The notes beneath the pieces are model-generated. The model made no database searches and was not told the origin of the DNA. It saw only the letters and a list, made by a program, of their open reading frames with translations. Below, piece after piece: positions 36,620-49,251 of a stretch of DNA of 64,000 nucleotides; position 1 is the stretch's first letter, and every line of letters begins with the position of its first letter. A program made the translations under genes and the position numbers. The DNA is from Oikopleura dioica (Eukaryota; Animalia; Chordata), in NCBI GenBank assembly GCA_907165135.1, contig OU015567.1, positions 10,478,001 through 10,542,000 of the forward strand. Direction: 5' to 3'.

Positions 36620-38362
36620 ATGTCGAGGCGAGACACACCTTCTCGCTCGTCATCAAGGCCAGGTAGAAAGCCAAAGCGGCGAATTTCCGATGCCAGTGAA
36701 AGTCTCGGAAAGCCAGAAGCAAAAGAATGCAACGAGATCACTCGGAGACTGAACAGCTCAAGTCAAAAGTGGCTCTTCAAAAGATGGCAAGGCCGATGCC
36801 AACCGATGACTTTGTTAGCGATATGGATCGGCGAAAACGAGTGCGGGAGATTTTACTACATATTTTGTCAAAGCTCAAAGTCAAGGTTATAAAGAAAATG
36901 CATTCGCTAGGAAACTATATGTTTTAGGACCCGACCAATTTCCTTCATCAGAAACCATGTTCTCTTCTTTATCCAAACTACCCTTTCAATGCCCACTATG
37001 ACATGACAAATGTAGCGGATAAAGTGAATAAAATGTGCTTTTTCAATATTCATCAGTTTCGTCAGGCAGTTTCCAAGGTAATAATTGGTCTCCCGAATTA
37101 AGAATCTAGTCATTTCTTGAAGGTCTGCAAGTGTCAGACAGACTTCTTTCCATCAAACACGATTCGTCACAAGTTTGCGCTGAAATTCGACCAGTTTGCC
37201 TACAAGATCACAGCTTATCGAAATCTTCTTGGTAAGAAAATATTCTCGATTGAGAGTCAAATAATTTCTTCAGACTATTGCGAGGAAATAGGAATCGACG
37301 AAGAACTCCCCAAACGCCAGCTTCGCGATATTCTCGTCGGTAACCAGATCGATACGGAGCTTCCAATCTCGCCGAAAGATGAACAAGAGGATGAATATTT
37401 GTATGTTTGTTTTAACTTATTAATGATTCAAGCCTTGAATTTAGCTCCTCTCAAATGTCCATGGCGATTGAGCAAAACGTTGGATCTCCACTTGCGCCTG
37501 GCGAAACAAGACTCAACATTCTACAAGCAGATGCTCAACCTACTGTATATAACATGGATGGGCGACCAATGACGCTTGCTGATATCACAGGCCGCGTTCA
37601 TGGTGCTGCAGAATTTACAAAGAAAACTCGAACGATTGAAGACCGAGCCTTCCTGAAAAGTTACATGAGTTACGGACCGTATTCTTCATTTGCACCGGTC
37701 TTCGACTCCCGAAATGCAACACTAGACAAAGAAATGACGGATATGATGATAGGCACACGAAAAGACCCATTTCGAGAAGACCTCGAAAAGATCGCTAATG
37801 CTGATGAATTCACGATCACTGACTATCTAGCAAAGTCAAGTTTGGGCAATGAAAACGCGGAGAAAGAATGTACGGATAGAGTCAAATAAGAATGGTTATA
37901 AAAACTTTTACTTTATCGTTAATTTAGTGCTTGATGAATTGACTTATCACGAGCCAAAGGCGGATCAGCTTGAAACCCTCAAGGACCTTGGCATCGACAT
38001 CAGCTTCTTGGATGCGTTTAAACCTGGTGCATCTGAACGTGTCGAAAACATTCAGAGCCTTTTGGATTACATTGCTGATGTTATTCCTAAACTTAGGAAA
38101 GGGTCGTCAACTTTCTCTAACGTAATCATACCGAGTACACACATTCTCGGAAAAATCTTTGACTTATGAAGTGAAGACCCTTCCTAACAGCCGCCAACAA
38201 ATTCTACGATTGTCCGGTAAAAGCTTTCAAGAGACTTCAACCGATGAACAGGACCTGGCTGACGAGGCCATTGCCGCAATTACAAAAGTGCTCAAGCTCA
38301 CTGCTCCAGGCGCGGCTGTCTCCGTAACAGCACTGCGAAAGGCAATGACAACCGCGTCATAA
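36620..38362 (+). CDS. BRD7/BRD9-like bromodomain protein with DUF3512 region
   Basis: LKVKDPTNF..PNY...VCKCQTDFFPSNTIRHKFALK bromodomain-like; SYGPYSSFAPVFDSRNATLDKEMTDMM matches the BRD7/9 YGPYSSYAPHYDS motif. Confidence 0.8.
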
Positions 38363-39881
38363 TTGATGTTCCTTTTGCAACCCAATTTTTATCCTTTCCA
38401 TTTAGTCTATCTTTCCAGACATGTTTTCAAAATATAGAATAACTGCTACTCAACCTCTGCCAAAACGCTCTTCTCTAAAAAATCCAAAAACATGATTTTG
38501 ATACTAAAACACACTCGTCCTTTTTGTTGATTTCAGCTTATTTGAAATCACCAAGGACGAAACCCATGTCTTATGAGTGTCGTTGTACGTCGAAAGCAAA
38601 CTGAAAATAATAATAAATTTAACGAAGATATGAACACTGTCTAACCGTGTCTAAGATATCGTATTATTGAATATTTGGTTGAATTTGAACATTTTTCGGA
38701 GTTAATATTTTCTGTTTAAATAAGGCATGAAAGCGTTGCCTCTAATGGTTTGGGTAGCCAATTCCAGAGACAATAATGCATTTCTAACATTGATCGATTC
38801 AGTAGTGAATTTTTAAGTAACAGGGCGGATATTTTCCGTGCTTGTTTACTTTGGTATGAACTGCTGACAAGGAATTTTTGGGTTGAAGTTCTGATGCTCC
38901 CGAGGTGCTGAACGAGCTGAACAAATGAGATGATTTTCTCTGCAATGAGTCTGGTTTAGTCTATAATTCATCGGCTAAACAAGAGCGCTTGTATCTCCTT
39001 TACTTCGCCAACGATCCCGGCCCTGAGAATAAAGAGAACGGCACAGTCGAGCATCCCAAACAGATATTGACCAACAAATTTTTATCGACAGGACTTACGA
39101 TTTTATTGACGAAGAATTATCAAGTTTCGGAAGGTTGAATAAGCATCCATAGAAGTAAACAATAATGACATAAAATGATATTTTTCAAAAGAATAATAAT
39201 ACAATAAAATGATTATAAATTTGTCATTAAAATTGTCATAAATCAGTTACATGTTTGAAAGCCAACTAATTTCTAAAATTACTTTATAATTTCATAATAT
39301 GAAAATTTCAATTTAAATATAAGTGCATTCCGACAACAGGCTATTTGTTTCCATGTGACCCGAGCAATAACCATCATCAACTCTCAGTCAGGTAATGCCA
39401 ATTATCCGCCGAGAGAATTTTATTACACTTTCGAGACCACTTTAACTGTATTTAAAGTGGACTTCGGTAATTTCCATACGTAGTTAGAAGTTGCTGCTAA
39501 AGAGAAAATGAATACGATCGCAGCGAAAATCATCATACTTGTTATTTTACTGATCGATGGGTTGATCTTTGGCCACTTGAGTCTTGGAATTAAGGACTGG
39601 GTCTGATTGTTATTTCAGTCGTACAAGCTTAAAATATGGATATGCACACTTGACGTTTCTCAAGAAAAAATAAATCTATGTAGACCTTCAGCGAAAGTGG
39701 TGGATGGATAGAAAGCATGGCAAACACCATAGTAGAACAGATGGAAAAGTAAGTTTTAACTGTGAAATTGTGAACCTCACCCGGATCATTATACATTCGA
39801 GCATATTTTTGGAATAGACAGCCGTACGAGATGAATTTTCAATTGAAAAAAGAACTCGAAAAATCTAAAATTGCTCTGGCA

Positions 39882-40381
39882 NNNNNNNNNNNNNNNNNNN
39901 NNNNNNNNNNNNNNNNNNNNNNNNNNNNNNNNNNNNNNNNNNNNNNNNNNNNNNNNNNNNNNNNNNNNNNNNNNNNNNNNNNNNNNNNNNNNNNNNNNNN
40001 NNNNNNNNNNNNNNNNNNNNNNNNNNNNNNNNNNNNNNNNNNNNNNNNNNNNNNNNNNNNNNNNNNNNNNNNNNNNNNNNNNNNNNNNNNNNNNNNNNNN
40101 NNNNNNNNNNNNNNNNNNNNNNNNNNNNNNNNNNNNNNNNNNNNNNNNNNNNNNNNNNNNNNNNNNNNNNNNNNNNNNNNNNNNNNNNNNNNNNNNNNNN
40201 NNNNNNNNNNNNNNNNNNNNNNNNNNNNNNNNNNNNNNNNNNNNNNNNNNNNNNNNNNNNNNNNNNNNNNNNNNNNNNNNNNNNNNNNNNNNNNNNNNNN
40301 NNNNNNNNNNNNNNNNNNNNNNNNNNNNNNNNNNNNNNNNNNNNNNNNNNNNNNNNNNNNNNNNNNNNNNNNNNNNNNNNN
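39882..40381. other. Assembly gap (500 N)
   Basis: Run of N. Confidence 1.
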
Positions 40382-43300
40382 ATTTCCCGCCGCGCAACAA
40401 GAAACTCCCGCGTCGTTCAAAATGCAAAAGATCAAACTGTCGGCTTCTCGTTTCAAACTCACGGCTTCCGCCTTGTAGATAAGCTCCAGTCCTCCAGCGA
40501 ACGCGTCAACATGATAATCGACGGTAGATCTTGGCTCGTAAGAGGTAAAGTCTGAGAAGCTTGGGTCGAGCAGCAATCGCCTCGCCAATGTAGACCAGGG
40601 GTGACCATTTGGGCATTGGGCATTTGGGCAAATCGGGCAATTTTCGGGCAAAAACGCTTTTGGGCGGGCATTTGTCGGCTCAACGCCTGAAAATAGGCTG
40701 GGCAACATGGGATACGTCGGGCATTTGGGCATTTTCTGGGCAGTTGGGCACCATTGGGCAGCTGGGCAAATGCCCACCGGGGAAAATCACGAACGTGGGC
40801 GTTTTCTGCCCGCTTATTGGTCGTTAAGCTCGCAAAGAAAAAAAAGATAAGGAGAAGGTTCTGCAAGGGTGTGTGAAGTGGACCTCAATGGTTAGCTGTC
40901 TACCTTTGACCTCCTGATCCTTTTATGAAATTATCCACCCCGTTAACTCGACTTTTGCGGAGATGGTTCTGCAAGGGTCTGTGAAGTGTACCTTGAAGGT
41001 TAGCTGTCTACAGTAGACTCTACCCTTGACCTCCAGATCCTTTTTATCCCTTATTTTTGAACCCCTTGTTCGAGACGGTTATGCAAGAGTGTGTGAAGTG
41101 GACCTTTATGGTTAGCTGTCTATTCTTGACAACCGGACGGAACTTTTACATAATTATTTTCGACCCCTTTTAAATATTTTTCAAACCTTTCAAGAGCCTT
41201 TTTTGCTTAAAATTCGTTCAATCACTTCAACTGAAACAAATTATTAAAAAAGTAAAAAAGTAAAGTTTTAAGAAGCCTGAAATGCCGGGAAAATTTTTGC
41301 CCGAAAAATTGCCCAATCGCCCGATTGGGCATTCTGGGCACATTGGACTGGTCGGGCATTTGGTCGGCCCGGGTCTTGATTTTTGGTATTGGGCGGGCAA
41401 TTGGTCGGCCCGACGATAATTTTTTGCCCAAATGGTCACCCCTGATGTAGACCAGGGCGTCTTTTAGGTGACCGGCTGCGAAATATATGATACAGTTGTT
41501 TTCAGCCTTGCTGCCGCGGTTTTCTAATTCTTCGTGCATTTTTATCACTTCGGGATGATCTGGAATGGTAGAGAGAAGCGCGTCCAAATGCTCGTGGCAG
41601 AGAACAAGGCGATTCGTGAGAAGATACTGACGAGTGCGCAGGATTCGAAGGTCCATACGATCCGGCTGAAAAGGACAAAATTTGATTTTCCCAACGATCA
41701 GATTTATGGGTTTCATTATTTGTGAAGAAGTGTTAATTACACCATCATAAACCAGGTCACCTAGAAACTGGTCCGTATGGCGCCTGGCGCAGGTCTCCAG
41801 CTGCGCGCTGGCGGCAACAGTTTTTCACACTTTTTTGCTCGAAGAAAAAATCGCAACCGAAGAGAAAATTGATTTTCCAAAAGTGCACGATGGCAAAAGT
41901 GAGCCTCGGTTGATTTTTTCCGTCTTCCTACTCTTTTGTGGGTTTTCAGCGATAAATGGAATCAAGAGAGAGTCCGTGATGTTCGCTATTGTGAAGAGCT
42001 TCGAGTTTCTGGTGGCATTCGGCGGGAATGCTTTTCTGTTTCTAGTGGATGCCCTTTGCATCGTAAGTTTTAACAACGTTTAGTAGAATTATAGCTATTT
42101 TTAGTCTGGAATTCTCCTCTGGTTCGCCGCAAACGGCCAGAAAGAATTGGGCCGATTGACAAAAGCCGATTGGCAGCGATTCTAACCAGACTTACATGTC
42201 GCTGAATTTGTTGAAGAAGAAGATCCATTGCTGCCGATGTATTTCCACGATCAAGTTCGAGATAGACGATACAGGTCATGCAATCTTCGAAGTCAGGAAT
42301 AATTTCGTGCACTTTTCTGTAATGGCGAATCGCTTGTTGGTAGTTTCCTTCTTCAACGTACTTTTCTGCTTGTTTGAATTCACACTAAAATGAAAGTTAA
42401 ATATGACTGTCTAAATTATTGATCAAAATTTATCAAAGAAGGATATTTTTACTTATTTAGTAATTTTGAAAATGAAAACAAGATTATTTAGTTTTCCGAT
42501 AGAGTATTGAGTAACTAAAAATACTGTCAGTGACACTTTGAATTATCAGTAAAATGAAATAAACTAATTAAAAATGTCCTCGTGAATTTACCTCAGCCAA
42601 GCTCAAAGTGAGTGCTTTCTCCTGCTCCTCCGTCACTCCAAGCTCATTTGCCCTGTTAATCGCAATTGAGGAGACTCTATTGTCCTTGAGCAGTTGAAAA
42701 GCCATTGACTTCATGATAACCATGCTCGAGTCCGTCGGATCGTAGTTCAGGTATTTTTGAATCTTCTGCAGCGCTTTTCGCGGGTTCACTTCATCGATCG
42801 CTCTTTGCGCCTCGTCTCGCCACTTGTCCATTGCTTCTTCGCGTAGCCTGGCGAATCGAGCACGGAAGGGATGTTGCTTTTCCCACACATCTTTAATTAA
42901 CTGTTTTCTTCTCAGCATGAGCATTTCTTTCTTCTTCGCCAGGATTTCCGGATCAATTTGAAGCACAACGTCCGAATAGGTTGCCTTCTTGTTCTCGAAT
43001 TTATCCTCAATTTCTTTTTTCATCGCGTCGATCGACGAAATCGTCGAATGCTTCAACGCGAATTCTGAGAAGACGTCGTCAAATGACACCATAAATTGGA
43101 TCGAGAAGATTTTGTCCATGTCGTTGGCGCCAAAATCGCTCTCTTCTGATTCACTCTCGGCTCGTTCGTCCTCGGTTTCTTCTTTGTGAGGATCGAGGGG
43201 TGGGTCTCCGTTCGACTCCGTGCGCACCAGGTTGATTATTGGAGCGTTTCTGAATGTGGAAATTATTACCATTTCGTAATTTTAGTTTTACCCGGATCTG

Positions 43301-43660
43301 CCGTGGCTCATTCTGTTGCCAAAGCTGTTTCTGTTCGGCGCCATGATTGTCATCCGCCTTCTTTGAAGAGCAGGCGACGGTCCGAGACTCTCTCTCAGCG
43401 TCGGGCGATGCACTGTTGACCTCCTGTTAGGGCTATCATCCTGTTCCTCTGATTTTGCGTCTGTATTTCTCGATGGCCTTTACAGTGGATTTATATTATT
43501 CAGAAAGGAACTTCTATGAAAGAAAATGTTTAAAGCCAAAACATGCCTACCGCTAACAAGTTCATCAATGTGTAAATTAAAATCCGATCCTGCGGAGACA
43601 TGTGGAGCTTCTACGGCCTGAAATGGGCACCACATCGTCGACGTATAGGTGCCCACTCAT
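40382..43660 (-). CDS. TTC16: TTC16 copy 2, truncated by the gap, interrupted by MITE F and two 1-nt deletions near 40490-40507
   Basis: Near-identical to 2482-5341. Confidence 0.8.
40596..41444. mobile_element. MITE F, hAT-type, 849 bp, TIR CAGGGGTGACCATTTGGGCA, 8-bp TSD ATGTAGAC, GGGCA subterminal repeats, internal ~110-bp tandem units
   Basis: TSD 40588-40595 and 41445-41452; empty site in copy 1 near 2690. Confidence 0.95.
41890..42185 (+). CDS. Nested antisense microgene, copy 2
   Basis: Homologue of 3138-3434; one fewer A in exon 1. Confidence 0.45.
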
Positions 43661-43881
43661 CCGATTTCTGAATTATCGGACCTTTTACAAACTTGCTGGA
43701 GTTGGAAACATTCGTGCAAAAGAGCAGAAAAGAGTAAAACTGAGAATCGGGAACTGAGTAAAAACGGGAAATAAACACAAAGAAGAGAATTTGTTCTAGA
43801 AAAAAACAAATGGTAAAAGTTTAAAATACCGGTAGTAAAATCGGGTTTACGCCGTTCAGGAAGGTGTACGGAAAAATATTT

Positions 43882-44055
43882 TTAATTTCTAGGTTTCATG
43901 TGGGAAAGAACTGATAAAATAAAAAGACCGAGGATTGCATAAGGGCCGTATTCGACGAAAAGCCTGAGTGCGTAACCAATTTGCTTGTAAAAAATTAGTA
44001 CTAGGCTCGTACCAAGAAATATCGCCCCAGTTTTCGTGTCCAATTTCTTGACCAT
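43882..44055 (-). CDS. 57-aa microprotein, copy 2
   Basis: Homologue of 5556-5729. Confidence 0.55.
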   Translation of the reverse strand: MVKKLDTKTGAIFLGTSLVLIFYKQIGYALRLFVEYGPYAILGLFILSVLSHMKPRN

Positions 44056-44263
44056 CTTTACATTCTAAGCTCTTGTTCTGAGAAATTATGAGGAAAGGAG
44101 GACAAACCATGATTTAGGTTCTTTTTGACCCTAAATCATGAAAGAATTTTTAAAATCAAGGATGCAAGGATCCGACTTTATCCGACTTTATCTATTTTAT
44201 TATCTGCCTACTAGCGTGGCTACTAATCGGCATAAAATGACACAGAAAGGGGTTGTGATCAGA

Positions 44264-44632
44264 TTATCCGAAGATATCGAAGCCCATATCTTCTTCGGAC
44301 TCGGAGGAGGACTCTTTCTTTGCTTCTTCCTTGGCCTCTTCGGCAGCACCACCGGCGGCAGCGGCTCCACCAGCAACGGCGGGACCGGCACCAACACCAG
44401 AGCTGATGTTGGAGATCAACTCGGAGACGTCACAGTTCTTGAGGGCACCGGCGAAAAGTCCGGGCCAGAATGGCTCAACATCGACGTTGGCGGCCTAGAA
44501 TCAAGGCTTCGCTATGGATTGGAGGGTGTTTGAACGAACCTTGAGGAGGGAAGCGATCTTGTCGCCAGAAATGTCGACTCCGTCGTCGTTGAGGATGAGA
44601 GCAGCATAAGTGCACGCCAATTCAGCAGACAT
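44264..44632 (-). CDS. RPLP1: RPLP1 copy 2
   Basis: Near-identical to 5980-6348. Confidence 0.97.
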
Positions 44633-45140
44633 TTTTGAGTGAAATCTTTTTTAAACCGTCTAAAATAAATTATTATTCGTAAAATTCGTATATGGACATC
44701 GGCGAATGCGTTAATCCAAAGTGTATTTTCGCAGTGATACTCTCTGAATTCTTCAAGGATTATAGAAAATTCGTGAAAATAGCGATAGTAGTGAGAATTC
44801 GTGAGAGCCAATCAGTGGCGCGCTCTGAGAATGACCAATTTAGGCAAAATGAAAGGATTTCGAGGCGAAGCTTTCCTGCAAAGAGGATAATCTGGAACTC
44901 TTCACTCCTTGATGGTTTCTACAAAATGAAGATCTCAAGAAAAGCAACTCAGTACTCCGAGAATTGCGAGCAGTAATGTTCGATAATATTCCAAATTTTC
45001 TGTGCCAATAAAATGCTCTTTCAAAAATATCATCACCGTCAGCTTTAAAAATTAACGCGGTCTACACGTGACCACAAATCACTTTAATAAACATACGTTA
45101 AAATGAAAACGTCCCACCTTCACTACCTGTCTTTTAGAAC

Positions 45141-45875
45141 ATGCAAAGGAGGATTGTTCAAACATCTACCCGTGGTATCAAGTCCATGTGGGGCCACAAC
45201 ACACCAACAAACACGTAAATTAGATCGTTTCTCTTTCTGAATCCTGATCATTTGCTCCCTAGAAAAGTGTTGACTAACAACCAGAAAACTCTCACCCAAG
45301 CTTCTCTCACTCGAGCAAAGGACGACTTCATCAAGGGAACCAAGAAATCGAAGACTCTTGCTTACCCAGAAGATGCCCTCATCACCCACCACGCCGCTGC
45401 CAAGGTCTGTTCATCCCCTCACTGCCTTAAATTCTAAAAATCTTCAGGCCGTCTCTGGAATCACTGAAGAAACTGAAGGCCGACTTGTCACCATTTCCCA
45501 AACCACACGAAACGTCATGCAATCTGCCGATAAAAATGCTCAGTACTGGCAAATTGAATTCGATACCCAGGAAAGATGGTAACGGAAAGCTCTCTATTCC
45601 CCCATTTAAATTCTTCAGGGAAAATCCAACGATGGGCTGGGGCTCTACCGCCGATCCTCTTTCCAACGTTCACGGCTGGATGCATTTCAAAACTAAGGAA
45701 GCCGCTATCGACTTTGCTCACCGACAAGGCTGGGAGGTATGAGGCCCCATTCTTCCATTTTTTGCATTCATTTCAGATCGATCAAGTCGTCGAGCCAAGA
45801 AAGAAAAAGCTAGAATTCCGAGAATATGGCGATAACTTCGCCTGGAACAAGCGACTCCGAAAGCCCGCCAAATAA
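45141..45875 (+). CDS. NDUFS4: NDUFS4 copy 2
   Basis: Near-identical to 6856-7600. Confidence 0.95.
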
Positions 45876-46047
45876 ATACAAAACAAACAATCCTTTGATG
45901 TTCAACTTAACTTATTTGACAAAAAACTATTCGAAATCTGCAAAATATTTCCAGCAAAAATATAAATCTTCATATTCATAAAAAGCTCGTCTTTCAGATT
46001 GTTGCATTTGGCAGCTGCAATCGGCATAATCGGAAAAAAGGAAAGTC

Positions 46048-47950
46048 ATGTCGCATAGTGTGAGGTCCGATCGCGGCTCTAGTCGCAGGTCAAGTACGAC
46101 TTCGGACTTCTCCGAATCTGACTTCAAGCGGCTGGAAGAGCTGCGGGAAATCGGCAAGTCAGCGAAAAGAGAAGCGCGGGATTTGGATATTGAATCGATG
46201 CCCGACTCGATGATGTCCAGCGCTTCTACTGCTCTGACAAAGGCGGAAAGAAAGAGGCAGCTAGCGATCGCAAAGACGCATAAACTCATTTTGACGAAGA
46301 AACCTCGTGAGATTTTGAAAGAAGAAGAGTACTTGTCCGACATGGACAAGCTGATTACAAGAGATTTCTTCCCCCATTACGATCACGTAAAAGACCAGCA
46401 CGATTATCTGATAGCTGAAGAGGAGGGCGATGTGGAAGCGATGCGCGAAATTCAAATGAAGCATAAGAAGCGACAGGCGGAAAGGCCGACTACTGGCGCT
46501 TGGACTGTCGGTGGAACTCCTTTTCTTGAGGTAACGCTCTCCGAGAAAGTCAATCAGGAACTTACCGTGTTTAGGGTACTCCGGCACCAGATGATCGCTC
46601 GCCTGATCGCGAAAAAGACGACGAAAATGACTCAGACGAGGAGCAAGAGAAAGAAAAAGCTCCAACTAAGAAAAAATCGCGAACAGAAAACATCTCCCTC
46701 GACAGATACTGCACCAAGTTCACATCTGAAGACAACGACTCATTTCAAAAAGTTCACAAATTCACAGAAGACAAGAAAAAAGAGCAATATGCGTTTTTAT
46801 ATGCTGCGCAGGAGCAAGGAGACAGGATGTGTGAAGACAAGGATGCCAATAAACTTATGGGTACGTCTTTCTGTCTATGCTAAAAGTCTTAAATGATTAT
46901 TTTTAGCGCCCGAAAAGATTCTCGCGATTGAAGACGCCCGTGAACCTGGGAAGCAGAAGAAAGCTGGCGTTGGGAACTGGAAGTACACTAACAAGAATTC
47001 TCTTTTCTACGGCGCTGAACTCGAGGCACAGAAAGAATACATCTTCAAGAAACCTCCTCAGCCCCGAGAAATCGTCCACGAAAATACAAGATTCAAGAAA
47101 GACCCTTTCCTCCGTCCTGTTGCTCCTGATCGTGTTGCTACTCTTGTTCACAATAGAATCAAAAATACGCTTAAAGATGATGGAAAAGTCGGCATTGACG
47201 GAAAACCAATTACACCTGGTCGATATGGGTTTGTAATAAATGTATCCGCGACTATTAAAATTGCAATTCAGTCTTTTGGCCACGCCAAGTCCAATGCCCG
47301 GCGTGGAAGACTCGCCGTTCATGACTTGGGGTCAACTTGAAGCTACTCCTCAGAGAGCGATGACGCCAGGAGGTGCTTCAACGTCAGATTCAAAAGCTCC
47401 AGGCGTCAGTACCATCGCATCAAATGCACCATCTTTCCGCATGGACTCAAGTAAATCAATAACTATACTTGAAAATTCTCATGCAAATACTTAATATTGC
47501 TCCCTAACCTTTATTTTAGTGAATGAGCGAGAAGAGCTGGCCCATAGATTGACCGAAACCGCCTTCAGCGCAAAGAGAAATGCAAAAGAAAGAACCCTAT
47601 CAGGCGCTAAGAAATCCGCCTTCGGAACGACTCCCCACAGACTCGGGAAATCGATGGGCAAGACCCCAGAAATGCGATCGCCTGCTCTCAATGTATGACT
47701 TTCGCTTTTCTCTTTGATTTTGAAAATATTTCAGCGTCTGTTGAGCAAGCATACAAACAAGCTCGGAATCGGCAACTCCAGTCTTCGGGCCTCTTTGACT
47801 CCTTCTTCGCGCCGTTCAGGTTCTCAAACTCCAGGTTCAAGAAGAGCGGGTTCAATTACTCCACGCACTCCAAAAACATCTGGCTTTGGCTCGAAGACCA
47901 TCGCTGGCGTTAAATTGAAGTCAAATTCTGTGACAGACGGTCTTATTTAA
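46048..47950 (+). CDS. ESS2: ESS2/DGCR14 copy 2, intact (no MITEs)
   Basis: Continuous spliced frame ending KSNSVTDGLI*. Confidence 0.92.
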
Positions 47951-48056
47951 AACAAACATCTTCTCTTTTTCATCATTTTCTGCCCTGTTCACCGACAAAT
48001 ATTGATATTCGGTCATTTTCGGAATAAAATTCAATCAAGACTATTTTTAGAGTGAA

Positions 48057-48910
48057 ATGGATCTTTTGAAACAACTTGTTGGTCCAACTGGAATCAACCT
48101 TCTTACTGAAGAATGTACTGTTAAATATCTCGATGAGTTTGACATCCTCGACCAAGATTGCTTCAAAGCAACTCTGGCTAAAGGACTTGGACTTGCTATC
48201 ATTGCTGGAAGCATTCTCGTCAAGGTAGCGTCAAGAATTCTCCTCTTCGAGCTTACGTAAAAATAAGGTCCCACAAATTCTGAGCATCATCGGAGCTAAA
48301 TCTGCGGCTGGCCTCTCTCTTTTCTCTGTTTTGTTGGAACTCTTCCCATGGTAAAGCGAGTGTCTCTCTTCAAATTCCAACCCTTTCTAGTGCTACCCTC
48401 ATCGGTTACGGACTTGCCTCTGGCTTCCCTTTTTCATCATGGGGTGAGTCTTTCTTCATGGCCGTTCAAACGATGATCATTGCGTTCCTCATCTGTGACT
48501 ACACTGGACGGAGAGGTCTTGGGCTCATGCTCAATCTTGCCTACGCTGGCTTCGTTTACGTACTTATTTCTGGCATGGTCACTGTCGAGCAGCTTCAGGT
48601 TCTTCAGCTTTGCAATCTTCCAGTTACGGTTATCTCCAGACTTATCCAGGTGAACAAACATTTTGGAAAATTGATTTCTAATCGATTTTAGGTCGTTACA
48701 AATTTCAAAAATGGCCACTGCGGAACCCTTTCCGGAGTTACTTGTGGCATGCTCTTTGCTGGAGGCCTCGCTAGAGTTTTCACCTCCTTCCAGGAGACTG
48801 GCGATATGGTGATGATAATGAACTTTTCTGCCTCCACTTTCATGTCATTCCTCTTATGCTTGCAACTTGTTATTTACAAAGATGTCAAGCCTGCTGGAAA
48901 GAAGGAATAA
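48057..48910 (+). CDS. MPDU1: MPDU1 copy 2
   Basis: Near-identical to 10782-11635. Confidence 0.95.
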
Positions 48911-49251
48911 AATCACTTTCTTCCTAAATGACTTCAAATTTACACGACCGAAAACTTTCATTGCCCACGCAAACTTTGATCGTAGCAGTTCTCAAGTACT
49001 GTAATTACAGTTCATGATTAGTCATAATTTCTACTAGATGTTGCCCTATAAAATTCATCTGATGCTGTTTGTACGATACTGTCAACATCATTTTCAAATG
49101 ATAAGTGTTAATTATTCTGTGCAAGAATAAAATTATTTATGTAAAAAATCAACTCAGTGATGAAAAACTGACTTTATGTCCCTTTAATTTTATTATCTGA
49201 ACTTTTGACTTTGGCAGTGAAATGTTTTGAAAGTGAAGGAGAAAAAGTCAT

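Noticed and set aside
38821-39025. CAGGGCGG ... CCGGCCCTG possible old hAT TIR pair
   Set aside because: Imperfect TIR, no TSD, no subterminal array.
39789-40777. Long ORFs spanning the N run
   Set aside because: Artefacts of translating N as X.
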